64,000 nucleotides of DNA from an uncultured delta proteobacterium (GCA_963767925.1 CAVYGB010000010.1:160001-224000), one strand, 5' to 3'; shown: positions 20,883 to 30,529, numbered from the stretch's first letter. Program-made: numbers and translations. Notes: generated by a model from the letters alone, not told the origin.

Positions 20883-21629
20883 TCAACGCGCGGGCGAGCC
20901 CAGGCCGCAGAAGCGGGCCACGTAGGCGCTGGCCGGACGGGCCTCCAGCTCGGCGAGGGTGCCTCGCTGCACCACCCGGCCCTGCTCGATCACGAGCACC
21001 GACGCGTCCAGCCCCGCCACGTCGGCGCGGTCGTGGGTGACAACGAGCGCGGGCAAGCCCAGCTCCCGCAGGCGGGCCCGCAAGAAGGCCCGCACCTCCC
21101 CCCGCGCGCCGGCGTCGAGCGCGGCGAACGGCTCGTCGAACAGCAGGGCGCGCGGCGTGCGGGCCAGGGCGCGGGCCAGGGCCACCCGCTGCCGCTCCCC
21201 GCCCGAGAGCGCATGGGGGTGGCGATCGGCGCAGGCCAGCGCGCCCACCCGGTCGAGCAGCGCGCGCGCCCGCTCCTGGCGCTGCCGGGCGGGCGGCGCC
21301 GGCCGCAAGCAGGCCAGGGCGAAGGCCACGTTGCCGGCCGCGGTGAGGTGGGGAAACAGGGCGTAGTCCTGGGGCAAATAGGCGATCCCGCGCTCCTCCG
21401 CCGGCAGGTCGAGGCCGCGCTCCCCGTCGAACAGCACCTCGCCCCCGAGCGCGATGTGGCCGGCGTCGGGGCGCACCAGCCCGAGCAGCGCCAGCAAGGT
21501 GGTGGTCTTGCCCGCGCCGTTGGGGCCGACCAGGGCGAGCGGGCCAGCGGGCCGTCCTGCCACAGCCAGCTCGAGGTCGAGCTCGAGGCCGGGCAGCCGC
21601 TTGCGCAAGGTGGCCTGCAGGCCGGTCAT
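20883..21629 (-). CDS. modC: Molybdate ABC transporter ATP-binding protein (short, no TOBE domain)
   Basis: Walker A 'GPNGAGKTT', signature 'LSGGERQRVALARAL', Walker B 'LLFDEPF', 'QDYALFPHL'; overlaps modB. Confidence 0.85.
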   Translation of the reverse strand: MTGLQATLRKRLPGLELDLELAVAGRPAGPLALVGPNGAGKTTTLLALLGLVRPDAGHIALGGEVLFDGERGLDLPAEERGIAYLPQDYALFPHLTAAGNVAFALACLRPAPPARQRQERARALLDRVGALACADRHPHALSGGERQRVALARALARTPRALLFDEPFAALDAGARGEVRAFLRARLRELGLPALVVTHDRADVAGLDASVLVIEQGRVVQRGTLAELEARPASAYVARFCGLGSPAR

Positions 21630-22459
21630 CGCCCGCGCCTCCCGGTCGATCCGGGCCCCGCCCCGTCCCCTCGCCCCTGCACCCGCAGGACCAGCAGGAG
21701 GGCGAAGGCTACCACCACCAGCAGGAGCGACAGCGCCTGGGCCGCGCGCAGGTCGCTCTCCAGCGCGGTGTAGATCGCCAGCGGCAGGGTCTGGGTCTTG
21801 CCCGAGAGGTTCCCGGCGAACATCAAGGTGGCCCCGAACTCACCGAGCGCCCGCGCCCAGGCCATGGCCGCCGCGGCCACCAGCCCGGTCCGGGCCAGGG
21901 GAAGCGCCACCTGGAAGAAGGCCCGGGCCGGCGAGGCGCCCAGGCTGCGCGCCACGACCAGCAGCCGCTCGTCGAGGCCGCGGAAGGCGGCGGTGGCCCC
22001 CTGGACGTAAAAGGGCGCCGACACGAAGGCCTGGGCCAGCACCACCGCGGTGGTGCTGAAGGAGATGGTCCAGCCCAGCTCGAGAAACAGTGGGCCCAGC
22101 ACCCCCCGGCGGCCGAAGGCGAGCAGCAAGGCGATGCCCGCCACCGCCGGCGGGATCACAACCGGCAAGGCCACCAGGGTCTCGACCGCCCGGACACCGG
22201 CCCCGCTGGCCCGGGCCAGCCACCAGGCCAGCGGCGTCCCCAGCAGCAGCACGAGCCCGAGGCTGATCAGGGTTGTCACCAGGCTGAGCAGGAGGGCGGG
22301 GACCGCCACCGGGTGGCGAAAACCGGCGACGATCTCGGCGGGCGCCGTCGAGAAGATCAGCGAGGCGATCGGCACCGCCAGCAGCGCCACCAGGGTGGCG
22401 GCCAGCAGGAAGCCTACCCCCCCGAACCAGCGTCGCCGCCAGCGGTCCGAGACGCTCAC
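21626..22459 (-). CDS. modB: Molybdate ABC transporter permease
   Basis: 'LPVVIPPAVAG', 'FVSAPF', 'ARSLGAS', 'WARALGEFGATLMFAGN..GKTQTLPLAIY'. GTG start at 22459. Confidence 0.9.
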   Translation of the reverse strand: MSVSDRWRRRWFGGVGFLLAATLVALLAVPIASLIFSTAPAEIVAGFRHPVAVPALLLSLVTTLISLGLVLLLGTPLAWWLARASGAGVRAVETLVALPVVIPPAVAGIALLLAFGRRGVLGPLFLELGWTISFSTTAVVLAQAFVSAPFYVQGATAAFRGLDERLLVVARSLGASPARAFFQVALPLARTGLVAAAAMAWARALGEFGATLMFAGNLSGKTQTLPLAIYTALESDLRAAQALSLLLVVVAFALLLVLRVQGRGDGAGPGSTGRRGR

Positions 22460-22478
22460 CGGGCCGGGGCCCACCCGG

Positions 22479-23652
22479 TCATGCCGCCACCTCGGCGACA
22501 ACCTGCCCGGTGCGGCTGGTGCCATACCCCGCCAGCCCGCCGAGGTCGCGCAGGAACCGGCTGCTGCCGAGGATGTCGAGCATCCGTTGCAGCCGGAGGT
22601 CTCCCTGGGACCGGGCGGGGAAGACCGAGATCGAAGCGGGCCTCGTCGAGGGGCACGAACTCGAGCCCGCAGCGGATCGCCGCCGCCTGGGTGGAGATGC
22701 CGGCGTCGGCGGCGCCGGCGGCCACCATCTGCGCCACCGCGAGGTGGCCGGCCGCCACCGCCACCACGTCGATCGCCTTGCGCGGCACCCCCTCCTCGGC
22801 GGCCAGCCGGTGCAGCAGCTCGCTGGCGCCGCTGCCCGGCTCGCGGCCCACCACCCGGACCCCCTTGCCGGCGAGGTCCTTGACCCGCCGGATCTTGCGG
22901 GCGTTGCCCGGGACCACCACCAGCCCCTGCTCCCAGGTGGCGAGGTTGACCAGCACCAGCGCCTGCCCGCCCAGGCGGCGGCGGGCGGGCGCTACATTGA
23001 AGCCGCCGCTCTCCTCATCGAACAGGTGCAGGCCGGCGAGGTGCACCTCTCCCGCCGCCAGCAGGTCGAGGGCCCGGCCGCTGGCCGCCGGCAGCCAGTG
23101 CAACCGGCCGCCCTTCCAGCGCTCCTCGAGGTGGGCGGCCAGCAGCGCCAGGGCCGGGTCGCAGCCAGCCGCGAACAGGTTCTCGCGCAGGACGGCCTCT
23201 TCGCGCAGGGGCTGCACGCTGACCGAGGCGGCGCCACCCGCGCGCGCCGCCAGCCCATCGGCCGGCACCAGCGGCCCGTTGCCGCCGGGGTCGTCGAGCA
23301 GGTGGGCCACCCAGCGGGCTCCCACCTGGGCCAGGGCCACCCGCTCGAGCGCCGGCGCCGCTCCTTCGCGGCGGGCGCGAGCGGGCATCCGGGGGCTGGC
23401 GTTGCGCGCGCCGGCCTCCTGCCGGTTCTCCACCACGACGGCGTCGATCGGCCGGGCCGGCTCCTCGAGCCAGAAGATGTCCTCGACCCGGCAGCCCAGC
23501 ACCCGGGCGAGCTGCAGCGCGATCTTCGTGGCGGGGACGCTGTCCCCCGCCTCGAGCGCGGTAAGGGTCTGGCGGCTGACGCCGATCAGCCGGGCCAGCT
23601 CCTGCTGCGCGAGCCCGGCCTTGGTCCGCAGTGCGCGCAGATTGCTGTGCAT
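22479..23652 (-). CDS. XRE-type HTH regulator fused to a molybdate-binding-like (PBP-like) domain; +1 frameshift near 22627
   Basis: HTH 'LRALRTKAGLAQQELARLIGVSRQTLTALEAG', PBP-like 'AAGCDPAL', 'GLVVVPGN', 'REPGSGA'. Removing one base at GATCTCGGTC gives a family-like end 'FDLVFP...LQRMLDILGSSRFLRDLGGLAGY...TGQVVAEVAA*'. Confidence 0.85.
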
Positions 23653-23700
23653 CAGGACCGGCTCCACGGCAGGCCCAGCTCTGGCACGCGGGGAGAGCCC

Positions 23701-23745
23701 TGTCAACCGCGCTTGACCTGTGTCAATGGCGTCAGGAGCTGACGC
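23701..23745. promoter_or_regulatory. Candidate promoter/operator of the HTH-modBC operon
   Basis: Inverted repeats GTCAA-N6-TTGAC (23702-23717) and GCGTCAG-N3-CTGACGC (23729-23745); two minus-strand TTGACA hexamers (23701-23706, 23721-23726). Confidence 0.55.
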
Positions 23746-23757
23746 TATCTACAGAGA

Positions 23758-24369
23758 TCATCGACAGATCTCGCGCCCGCAGTAGTCGAAGTACTCGTTG
23801 GCGTTACCCTTCTCGAGGTACTCGTGGTTGCCAGGCACCGGGTGGGTGATGGCCCGGAAGGCCGGGATGCCCCAGGTCGGCTCGTAGAGCGTGCGGTAGC
23901 TGGCCAGGTTGGAGAAGCGGTAGGCGCCGTCGCCGAGCATGAGGATGGCGTCGAGGCCCCGTTCGGCCCGCACCTTCTCGAGGAGGGCAGCGGTTCGCTC
24001 CTGATCGCCGCCGGGCGCGGCGATGTCGCCCGCCACCATGACCACCTGCGGCCGCGGCGCCGGCTCGCCGGCCGCCTCGCCGGGCCCGTCGGCGGGGGTC
24101 GGGGCGGGGGCGACGGCGGAGTCCGGCGCCGGCTGGGAGGGCGCGCCCGCTTCGAGTGAGCCGCTCGGTACCGGCTGGGGCGCGGGAGGTGACGGCTGTG
24201 GCTCTGGCTCGGACCCCGGGGCCGGCGGTGGCCCGGCGGGCGGCGACGCCGGCGGGCTGCTCTGCGCGGAGGGGGCGGAGGGGGCCGGGGATCTCTCAAT
24301 CCACCGGCATTGCGCCACGCCGAGCACGAGGAGCGCGGCGAGCATCGAGCGTCGAGCGGTCATGAGCAT
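23758..24369 (-). pseudogene. C-terminally truncated secreted metallophosphoesterase (calcineurin-like)
   Basis: Signal peptide, Pro-rich linker, motifs 'VAGDIA', 'LGDGAY', 'VPGNHEY'. Stops about 20 aa later without the His-containing motifs IV/V, and there is no room for them before the next gene. Confidence 0.7.
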
Positions 24370-24489
24370 GAAGATGATCCCAGCGTTCGTCGGAGGTCGC
24401 GGTGCGTCCTGCGTCCAGGGGCATCTTAACCCGTCACCGCGTGCAGGCGCCTTTGTGTGCCCGGCACAAGGTGGTAGGGTGAAAAGCTC

Positions 24490-25371
24490 ATGTTTACCGG
24501 AGTCATCACGGCGCTCGTCACGCCGTTTCGCAACGGCGCGCTCGACGAGGAAGCGCTGCGGAGACTGGTCGACGATCAGATCGCGTCGGGCGTTGACGGG
24601 CTGGTCCCGGTCGGCACCACCGGCGAATCCCCCACCGTCGACCACGAAGAGCACCTGCGGATCATCCAGGTGGTGATCGAGCAGGTGCGCAAGCGGGTCC
24701 CGGTCATCGCCGGCACCGGTGGCAACTCGACCCGCGAAGCGATCGAGCTGTCGCGCGAGGCGCGCAAGCTCGGCGCCGACGGCATGTTGCAGGTCACGCC
24801 CTACTACAACCGCCCGACCCAGGACGGCCTCTACCGCCACTTCAAGGCCATCGTCGAGGCGGCCCCCCTGCCGACCGTCCTCTACAACGTCCCCACCCGG
24901 ACCGCCTGCGACCTGCTGCCCGAGACGGTGGCCCGCCTGTGCGAGCTCCCGCAGATCGTGGCGATCAAGGAGGCGACGGGCAACCTGCAGCGCGCTTCCC
25001 AGATCTTGACCAAGGTGGGCGACCGGCTGGTCGTGCTCTCGGGCGACGATGCCACCGCCTTCCCCCTGTTCGCGGTGGGTGCCCGGGGCGTGATCTCGGT
25101 GGTGTCCAACGTGGCGCCGGCCGAGTTCAGCGCCATGTGGGACAGCTTCGCCGCCGGCGATTGGCTCAAGGCCCGCGCCCTGCACAACCGGCTGTTCCCG
25201 CTGCTCGAGGGGCTGTTCGTGGAGGCCAACCCCATCCCGGTGAAGGCGGCCCTGGCGATGATGGGCAAGATCGGCGACGAGATCCGGCCGCCCCTCTACG
25301 CCCTGCAGGGAGCCAGCCGGGAGAAGCTGCGCAAGATCCTCGTCGACCTCCAGCTCCTGCCCGCGTCGTGA
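24490..25371 (+). CDS. dapA: 4-hydroxy-tetrahydrodipicolinate synthase
   Basis: 'TALVTPF', 'GTTGESPT', 'PYYNRP', 'LYNVPTRT', 'IKEATG', 'SGDD', 'NPIPVK'. Confidence 0.98.
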   Translation: MFTGVITALVTPFRNGALDEEALRRLVDDQIASGVDGLVPVGTTGESPTVDHEEHLRIIQVVIEQVRKRVPVIAGTGGNSTREAIELSREARKLGADGMLQVTPYYNRPTQDGLYRHFKAIVEAAPLPTVLYNVPTRTACDLLPETVARLCELPQIVAIKEATGNLQRASQILTKVGDRLVVLSGDDATAFPLFAVGARGVISVVSNVAPAEFSAMWDSFAAGDWLKARALHNRLFPLLEGLFVEANPIPVKAALAMMGKIGDEIRPPLYALQGASREKLRKILVDLQLLPAS

Positions 25372-26186
25372 GCGCCCCGGTTCGCATCGCCGTCCTGGGG
25401 GCGGCGGGCAAGATGGGACGGGCCATCGTCCGGGCCCTCGCCGACGAGCAGGGGGCCACCCTCGCCGTGGCGGTGGATCGAGCGGGGGCCGCCGACCTCG
25501 GACAAGACGCGGGCACCCTGGCCGGGATCGCCCCGACCGGGGTCGCCCTGCGCGCGCCGCTGCCCGCCGCCCGGGAGGCCGACGTCTGGATCGACTTCTC
25601 GGCCGCGGCGTCCGCCCCGGTCAACGCCCAGGCCGCCGCCGAGGCGGGAGCCGGGTTCGTGCTGGGGACCACCGGCGTGCCCGCCGTCGATCGACAGAAG
25701 GTCGAGCAGGTGGCCAGTCGGGTGCCGGTGGTGCTGTCGCCCAACATGTCGGTCGGCATCAACGTTCTGCTTCGCCTGGTGTCCGATGCCGCCCGCGCCC
25801 TGGGCCCGGGGTACGACATCGAGATCGTGGAGACCCACCACCGCCTCAAGCGCGACGCCCCCTCCGGCACCGCCCTGCGCCTGGCCGAAGCGGCGGCCGA
25901 GGCCACCGGCCGCGACCTCTCGCGGACGGCGCGCTACGCCCGCCAGGGGGACGTCGGCCCCCGCACGGCCGAGGAGATCGGGCTACAGACCCTGCGCGGC
26001 GGCGACGTGGTCGGCGATCACACCGTGTTTTTCCTCGGGCTCGGCGATCGCATCGAGATCACCCACCGGGCCTCGTCGCGGGAGACGTTCGCCCGGGGCG
26101 CGGTGCGGGCCGCGCTGTGGCTGGCCGGTCGCTCGCCCGGCCTCTACGACATGCGCGACGTGCTCGGGCTGCCCAAGGGGCCGTAG
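25368..26186 (+). CDS. dapB: 4-hydroxy-tetrahydrodipicolinate reductase
   Basis: 'GAAGKMG', 'GTTG', 'PNMSVG', 'ETHHRLKRDAPSGTA', 'GLYDM'. GTGA overlap with dapA. Confidence 0.97.
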   Translation: MSAPVRIAVLGAAGKMGRAIVRALADEQGATLAVAVDRAGAADLGQDAGTLAGIAPTGVALRAPLPAAREADVWIDFSAAASAPVNAQAAAEAGAGFVLGTTGVPAVDRQKVEQVASRVPVVLSPNMSVGINVLLRLVSDAARALGPGYDIEIVETHHRLKRDAPSGTALRLAEAAAEATGRDLSRTARYARQGDVGPRTAEEIGLQTLRGGDVVGDHTVFFLGLGDRIEITHRASSRETFARGAVRAALWLAGRSPGLYDMRDVLGLPKGP

Positions 26187-26413
26187 CCCGCGCTGCCGAT
26201 CCCTGCTGGCAACAAACCAGCGCTCGCAAGCGGGCCTGCAAGCTGGTCTGATCGACCCTTTCCGGCCATCCGGTGTGTGGGCGCAGGAGGGCGGACGCGG
26301 ACCGCGCGGTCGCCTTTGAGGGTTGGACCTGCGATGTCCAACTTGGCGCGAGCGCTTGCGTCCTCTAGTATGGATTCGAATGTGTCGTGCACGGATGAAA
26401 AGGCCAGCGTGTC

Positions 26414-27436
26414 ATGGGTAAGCCACGCGTGCTGGTGCTCTTCGACACCGACAATGATCCGCCCGTCAACCAGGACTACGCACGCCACCTGGCCGGCGGC
26501 GTGGACGAAGTCGAGTTCGAGGTGGCTCGTGTGCTCACCTCCCGTGGCTATCAGGTTCGCCTGCTCGGCTTCCGCGGCGACGTCGCCCAGCTCTTGACCG
26601 GCCTGCGGGCCGAGCCGTTCGACGTCGTGTTCAATCTGACCGAACGGTTCCGGGACCTCTCCTCGCTGGACTACACCGTGGCCGGGATGCTCGAGATGCT
26701 GGGCGTCCCCTACACCGGCGCCGGTCCCACCGGCCTCATCCTCGCCCGCCACAAGGCGCTCACGAAGATGGTGCTCGCCCACCACGAGGTCACCACCCCC
26801 CGCTTCATCGAGATCGACGTGGGCACTCCCTGCCGGCGGCCCAGCGACCTGCGCTTCCCCCTCATCGTCAAACCGGTAGACGAGGACGCCTCGGTGGGGA
26901 TCGCCCGGGCCTCGGTGGTCCGCGACGACCAGGCGCTGTCCGAACGGGTCACCTTCGTCCACGACCGGCTCAAGACCGCCGCCATCGTGGAGGAGTTCAT
27001 CGCCGGCCGGGAGATCTACGTGGGCGTGGTGGGCAACGATCCTCCCCAGGCCCTGCCCCCCATCGAGATGGTGTTCGAGCCCCAGGTCCCCGACGAGCAG
27101 CGCATCGCGACCTTCAAGGTCAAGTGGAGCACCAAATATCGGGACAGCCGGGGCATCAAGAACCGGATCGCCAGCGACCTGCCGCCGGAGGTCCTCACCC
27201 GCCTGAACGCCACCGCCGTCGCCAGCTACAAGGCGGCCGGGCTGCGGGACTACGGACGCGTCGACGTCCGGCTGGCCCACGACCACGAGATCTACGTGGT
27301 CGAGGCCAACCCCAATCCTTACCTCTCCGATGGCGAGGACATGGCCTGGGCGGCGGAGGAGGGCGGGCATCCTTACGCCGACTTGCTGGAAGCCATCGTC
27401 GAGATGGCCCTGAAGCGCAGCCGCGCCGGGGCTTGA
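26414..27436 (+). CDS. D-Ala-D-Ala-ligase-like ATP-grasp enzyme (non-canonical)
   Basis: 'PYTGAG', 'KALTK', 'FPLIVKP..EDASVGI', 'VEEFIAGRE', 'RDYGRVDVR', 'EANPNP'. Lacks the canonical Ddl N-terminal 'GGxSxEHxVS'. Confidence 0.85.
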   Translation: MGKPRVLVLFDTDNDPPVNQDYARHLAGGVDEVEFEVARVLTSRGYQVRLLGFRGDVAQLLTGLRAEPFDVVFNLTERFRDLSSLDYTVAGMLEMLGVPYTGAGPTGLILARHKALTKMVLAHHEVTTPRFIEIDVGTPCRRPSDLRFPLIVKPVDEDASVGIARASVVRDDQALSERVTFVHDRLKTAAIVEEFIAGREIYVGVVGNDPPQALPPIEMVFEPQVPDEQRIATFKVKWSTKYRDSRGIKNRIASDLPPEVLTRLNATAVASYKAAGLRDYGRVDVRLAHDHEIYVVEANPNPYLSDGEDMAWAAEEGGHPYADLLEAIVEMALKRSRAGA

Positions 27437-27439
27437 GCG

Positions 27440-28405
27440 ATGGCCCGCGCGCGCTCCGCGGAGGGGGGGAGCCGGGCGGAGGGCGGCGTCGACTTCGGCG
27501 CCCTCGCCACCGAGGCGGCCAACCCGCGCTCGGAGCTGCTCGACACCCTCCCGGCCGAGGAGGTGGTCAAGGTGATGGTGGAGGAGGAGCAGAACACGGT
27601 GCGGGCGGTGCGGGCCCGGAGCCCGGAGATCGCCGCCGCCGCCCGCCTGTGCGCCGACCGGCTGGCCGAGGGGGGCCGCCTCATCTATGTGGGCGCGGGG
27701 ACCTCGGGCCGCCTGGGCACCCTCGACGCCGCCGAGTGTGTCCCCACCTTCGGCATCCCCCCCTCCCTTGTCGTCTCGATCATCGCCGGGGGTCCCCACG
27801 CCTTGACCCACGCGGTGGAGGGGGCCGAGGACAACACGCGGGAGGCCGAGCAGCGCATGCGCCGGGCGGCGGTCGGTCCCAAGGACGTCGTGATCTGCAT
27901 CGCCGCCTCGGGCGTGACCCCCTTCGTGCGTGCCGCCCTGGAATACGCCCACTTCCGGCGGTCCTCCACCGTGTTCATCACCTGCAGCAAGGTGCCGCCC
28001 ACCCGCGACGGCGGCGCTCCCGCCGACGTTGTCATCGAGCTGCCCACCGGTCCGGAGGTGATCGCCGGGTCGACTCGCCTCAAGGCCGGGACCGCCACGA
28101 AGATCACCCTCAACACCATCTCCACCACCGCCTTCGTGCTGCTGGGCAAGACCTACGGCGGGCTCATGGTCGACGTGCGCCCCACCAACGCCAAGCTCTG
28201 GTCCCGGGCGGTGCGCATCGTCCGGCTCCTGTCCGGCCTCGACGACGAGGAGGCCCTGGCCCTGCTCAAGAAGGCGGGCGGCCGGGCCAAGGTGGCCCTC
28301 ATCATGCACCACGCCCGGGTCCCCGCCGCCCGGGCCAAGGAGCTGCTGGTGCAGCACCGGGGCTCGCTGCGCGCGATCGTGGGGGACCTCGACCTCCGGG
28401 AGTGA
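27440..28405 (+). CDS. murQ: N-acetylmuramic acid 6-phosphate etherase
   Basis: 'TEAANP', 'GAGTSGRLG.LDAAEC.PTF', 'VEGAED', 'GPEVIAGSTRLKAGTA', 'N.KL..RA'. Confidence 0.97.
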   Translation: MARARSAEGGSRAEGGVDFGALATEAANPRSELLDTLPAEEVVKVMVEEEQNTVRAVRARSPEIAAAARLCADRLAEGGRLIYVGAGTSGRLGTLDAAECVPTFGIPPSLVVSIIAGGPHALTHAVEGAEDNTREAEQRMRRAAVGPKDVVICIAASGVTPFVRAALEYAHFRRSSTVFITCSKVPPTRDGGAPADVVIELPTGPEVIAGSTRLKAGTATKITLNTISTTAFVLLGKTYGGLMVDVRPTNAKLWSRAVRIVRLLSGLDDEEALALLKKAGGRAKVALIMHHARVPAARAKELLVQHRGSLRAIVGDLDLRE

Positions 28406-28418
28406 AAAGGGAGACGCC

Positions 28419-29627
28419 ATGGTGACTCAGCCACCTGCCCCGACCGACCCCCTGCGCGCGCTGCTCGCCCTGCGGGATCTGCCCGTCCGCCGGGTGGTGG
28501 GGCTGATGTCGGGGACCAGCGCCGACGGCACCGACGCCGCGCTGATCGAGGTGGCTGGCTCGGGGGAAGAGACCCGCGTGCGGCTGCTCTCTTACGTCAG
28601 CATGCCGTTTACCCGGGGCCTGCGCGAACGGATCTTCGGGCTGGCCGAGGCCGACGCCAGCGAGCTGTCCGAGCTCGACGTCCTGATCGGCGAGAGCTTC
28701 GCCCAGGCCAGCGCCGCCGTCTGCGAGAAGATCGGCCTGCCCATGCAGGAGGTGCACTTCATCGCCTCGCACGGGCAGACCGCCAGCCACCGCCCCCGCT
28801 CGGCCGGGAAGCTCGGCGCCACCCTCCAGATCGGGGAGTCGGCCGTCATCGCCGAGCGGACCGGGCGGCCCGTGATCTCGGACTTCCGCGTGCGAGACGT
28901 GGCCGCCGGTGGCGAGGGCGCGCCCCTGGTCCCCCTGGTCGACCACCTGCTGCTGCGGGCCCCCCCGCGCTGGCGGGCCATCCAGAACATCGGTGGCATC
29001 GCCAACGTCACCCTGGTCGGCGCCACCCTGGCCGACCTGTGCGCCTTCGACAACGCCCCCGGGAACATGGCGCTCGACGCGGTGGCGCGCGCCGCCTCCC
29101 GCGGCGTGGAGACCTACGACGTCGACGGCCGGCGGGCCGCCCGCGGGCGGGTCGACGCCGAGCTGCTGGCCGAGCTGCACCAGCACCCCTACCTGGGCCT
29201 CCCTCCGCCCAAGAGCACCGGGCGCGAGCTGTTCGGGCGCGGCTTCATCTACCCCCTGCTCGACCGCTGGAAGACCCGCGGCCCGGCGGTGCCCGGCGGC
29301 TCGGCCTTCGACGACCTGCTGGCCACCTTGACCCGCTTCACCGCCGAGGCCATCGTGCGCAGCTACCGCGAGCACCTGCCGGTCTTCCCCGACGAGGTCT
29401 ATCTGTGCGGGGGCGGGGCGCACAACCCGACGCTGGTGGGCCACCTGCGCGAGCTCTGCGCGCCAGCGCCGGTGGCCGACACCGGCACCATCGGCCTCGA
29501 CCCCGACGCCAAGGAGGCGATCGCCTTCGCCGTGCTGGCCAACGAGACCCTGTTCGGCCGCCCCGGCAACGTCCCCCGCGCCACCGGGGCGGTGGGGCCC
29601 CGAGTCCTCGGGAAGATCACCCTGTGA
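28419..29627 (+). CDS. anmK: Anhydro-N-acetylmuramic acid kinase
   Basis: 'GLMSGTSADG.D', 'SHGQT', 'DFRVRDVAAGGEGAPLVP', 'NIGGIAN', 'PKSTGRE', 'CGGG', 'KEAIAFA'. Confidence 0.97.
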   Translation: MVTQPPAPTDPLRALLALRDLPVRRVVGLMSGTSADGTDAALIEVAGSGEETRVRLLSYVSMPFTRGLRERIFGLAEADASELSELDVLIGESFAQASAAVCEKIGLPMQEVHFIASHGQTASHRPRSAGKLGATLQIGESAVIAERTGRPVISDFRVRDVAAGGEGAPLVPLVDHLLLRAPPRWRAIQNIGGIANVTLVGATLADLCAFDNAPGNMALDAVARAASRGVETYDVDGRRAARGRVDAELLAELHQHPYLGLPPPKSTGRELFGRGFIYPLLDRWKTRGPAVPGGSAFDDLLATLTRFTAEAIVRSYREHLPVFPDEVYLCGGGAHNPTLVGHLRELCAPAPVADTGTIGLDPDAKEAIAFAVLANETLFGRPGNVPRATGAVGPRVLGKITL

Positions 29628-29790
29628 GCGCCTGAAACAAACCCGAAACCGAGGACGTCGGAGTTTAACCACCGCCGGTGGTGAATAGCTGACAACCGGA
29701 GCCCATCTTGCCCGGCAAAGGCCCGGGCGCACGCGCACTTAGCCGGCTCAGCACCCCTGGCGTGTGGGTTGCTGCCCAGATGCTTCCTCG

Positions 29791-30519
29791 ATGGAAGCTT
29801 CGTTTGGCCGACCGGTCACCGCGACGTCACCTGCCCGCACCCTGCCGGCCAGCGCCCCGGCGGAGCTCCTCCGGCACCGCCTGCCGCTGCCCCGGATCCT
29901 CCTGTGCGATCTCGACGGGACCTTGATCGACACCATGCCGATCCTGGCCGATCTGGCCGCCGAGGTGCTCGAGCAGATCTACGGGATGTCCCGCCTCGTC
30001 GCGCGTGACCTCTACCTGTCGACCTCGGGGATACCTTTCATCCGCCAGCTCGACATCATCTGCCCGGGCGACGCGCGCAACCTGGAGGCCTCCGCCCGCT
30101 TCGAGGCGGCCAAGCCGGCCCGCTGCGGCTCGGCCCGCCTGCCGGCCGACACCCGGCGGGCCCTCGTCGACCTGCGCGCGCGCGGCACCCGCGTCGTTGT
30201 CTCGTCGAACAACGGCGTGGACAACGTGGCCGCCTTCGCCCGCTGCAACGACTTCCCCTTCGACCTCGTCCTCGGCTACGACGGCAACGGCCTGGCCAAG
30301 GGGCGGCCCCACATCGCCTGCGCGGCCGCCATCTTCGGCGCCACCGCCGACGACATGGCGCTGGTGGGTGACTCCCTGCACGACGGCGAGATCGCCGAGC
30401 GCGAGGGGGTGCGCTTCGTTGGCGTGACCGGGACCTTCTCCCGCGAGCGCTTTGCCCTGCGGTTTCCGGGGCGACCCGTGATCGACCGCCTGGCCGAGCT
30501 GGCGCACGTCTTCGGCTGA
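29791..30519 (+). CDS. HAD-superfamily hydrolase (phosphatase-like)
   Basis: Motif I 'CDLDGTLIDT', motif II 'SSNN', motif III Lys in 'AKG', motif IV 'VGDSLHD'. Start approximate. Confidence 0.88.
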   Translation: MEASFGRPVTATSPARTLPASAPAELLRHRLPLPRILLCDLDGTLIDTMPILADLAAEVLEQIYGMSRLVARDLYLSTSGIPFIRQLDIICPGDARNLEASARFEAAKPARCGSARLPADTRRALVDLRARGTRVVVSSNNGVDNVAAFARCNDFPFDLVLGYDGNGLAKGRPHIACAAAIFGATADDMALVGDSLHDGEIAEREGVRFVGVTGTFSRERFALRFPGRPVIDRLAELAHVFG

Positions 30520-30529
30520 GCCCGGGCCC

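Noticed and set aside
23740..23760. TGA readthrough or selenocysteine extending the phosphoesterase
   Set aside because: An in-frame TAG follows three codons later and no downstream phosphoesterase motifs appear in any frame.
29633..29700. Resemblance to a c-di-GMP-I (GEMM) riboswitch: CAAA..GAAA..GGACG...TAA-hairpin-TAGC
   Set aside because: The stem around GAAA does not pair and the conserved GCAAAGC segment is missing. An Rfam cmscan would settle it.
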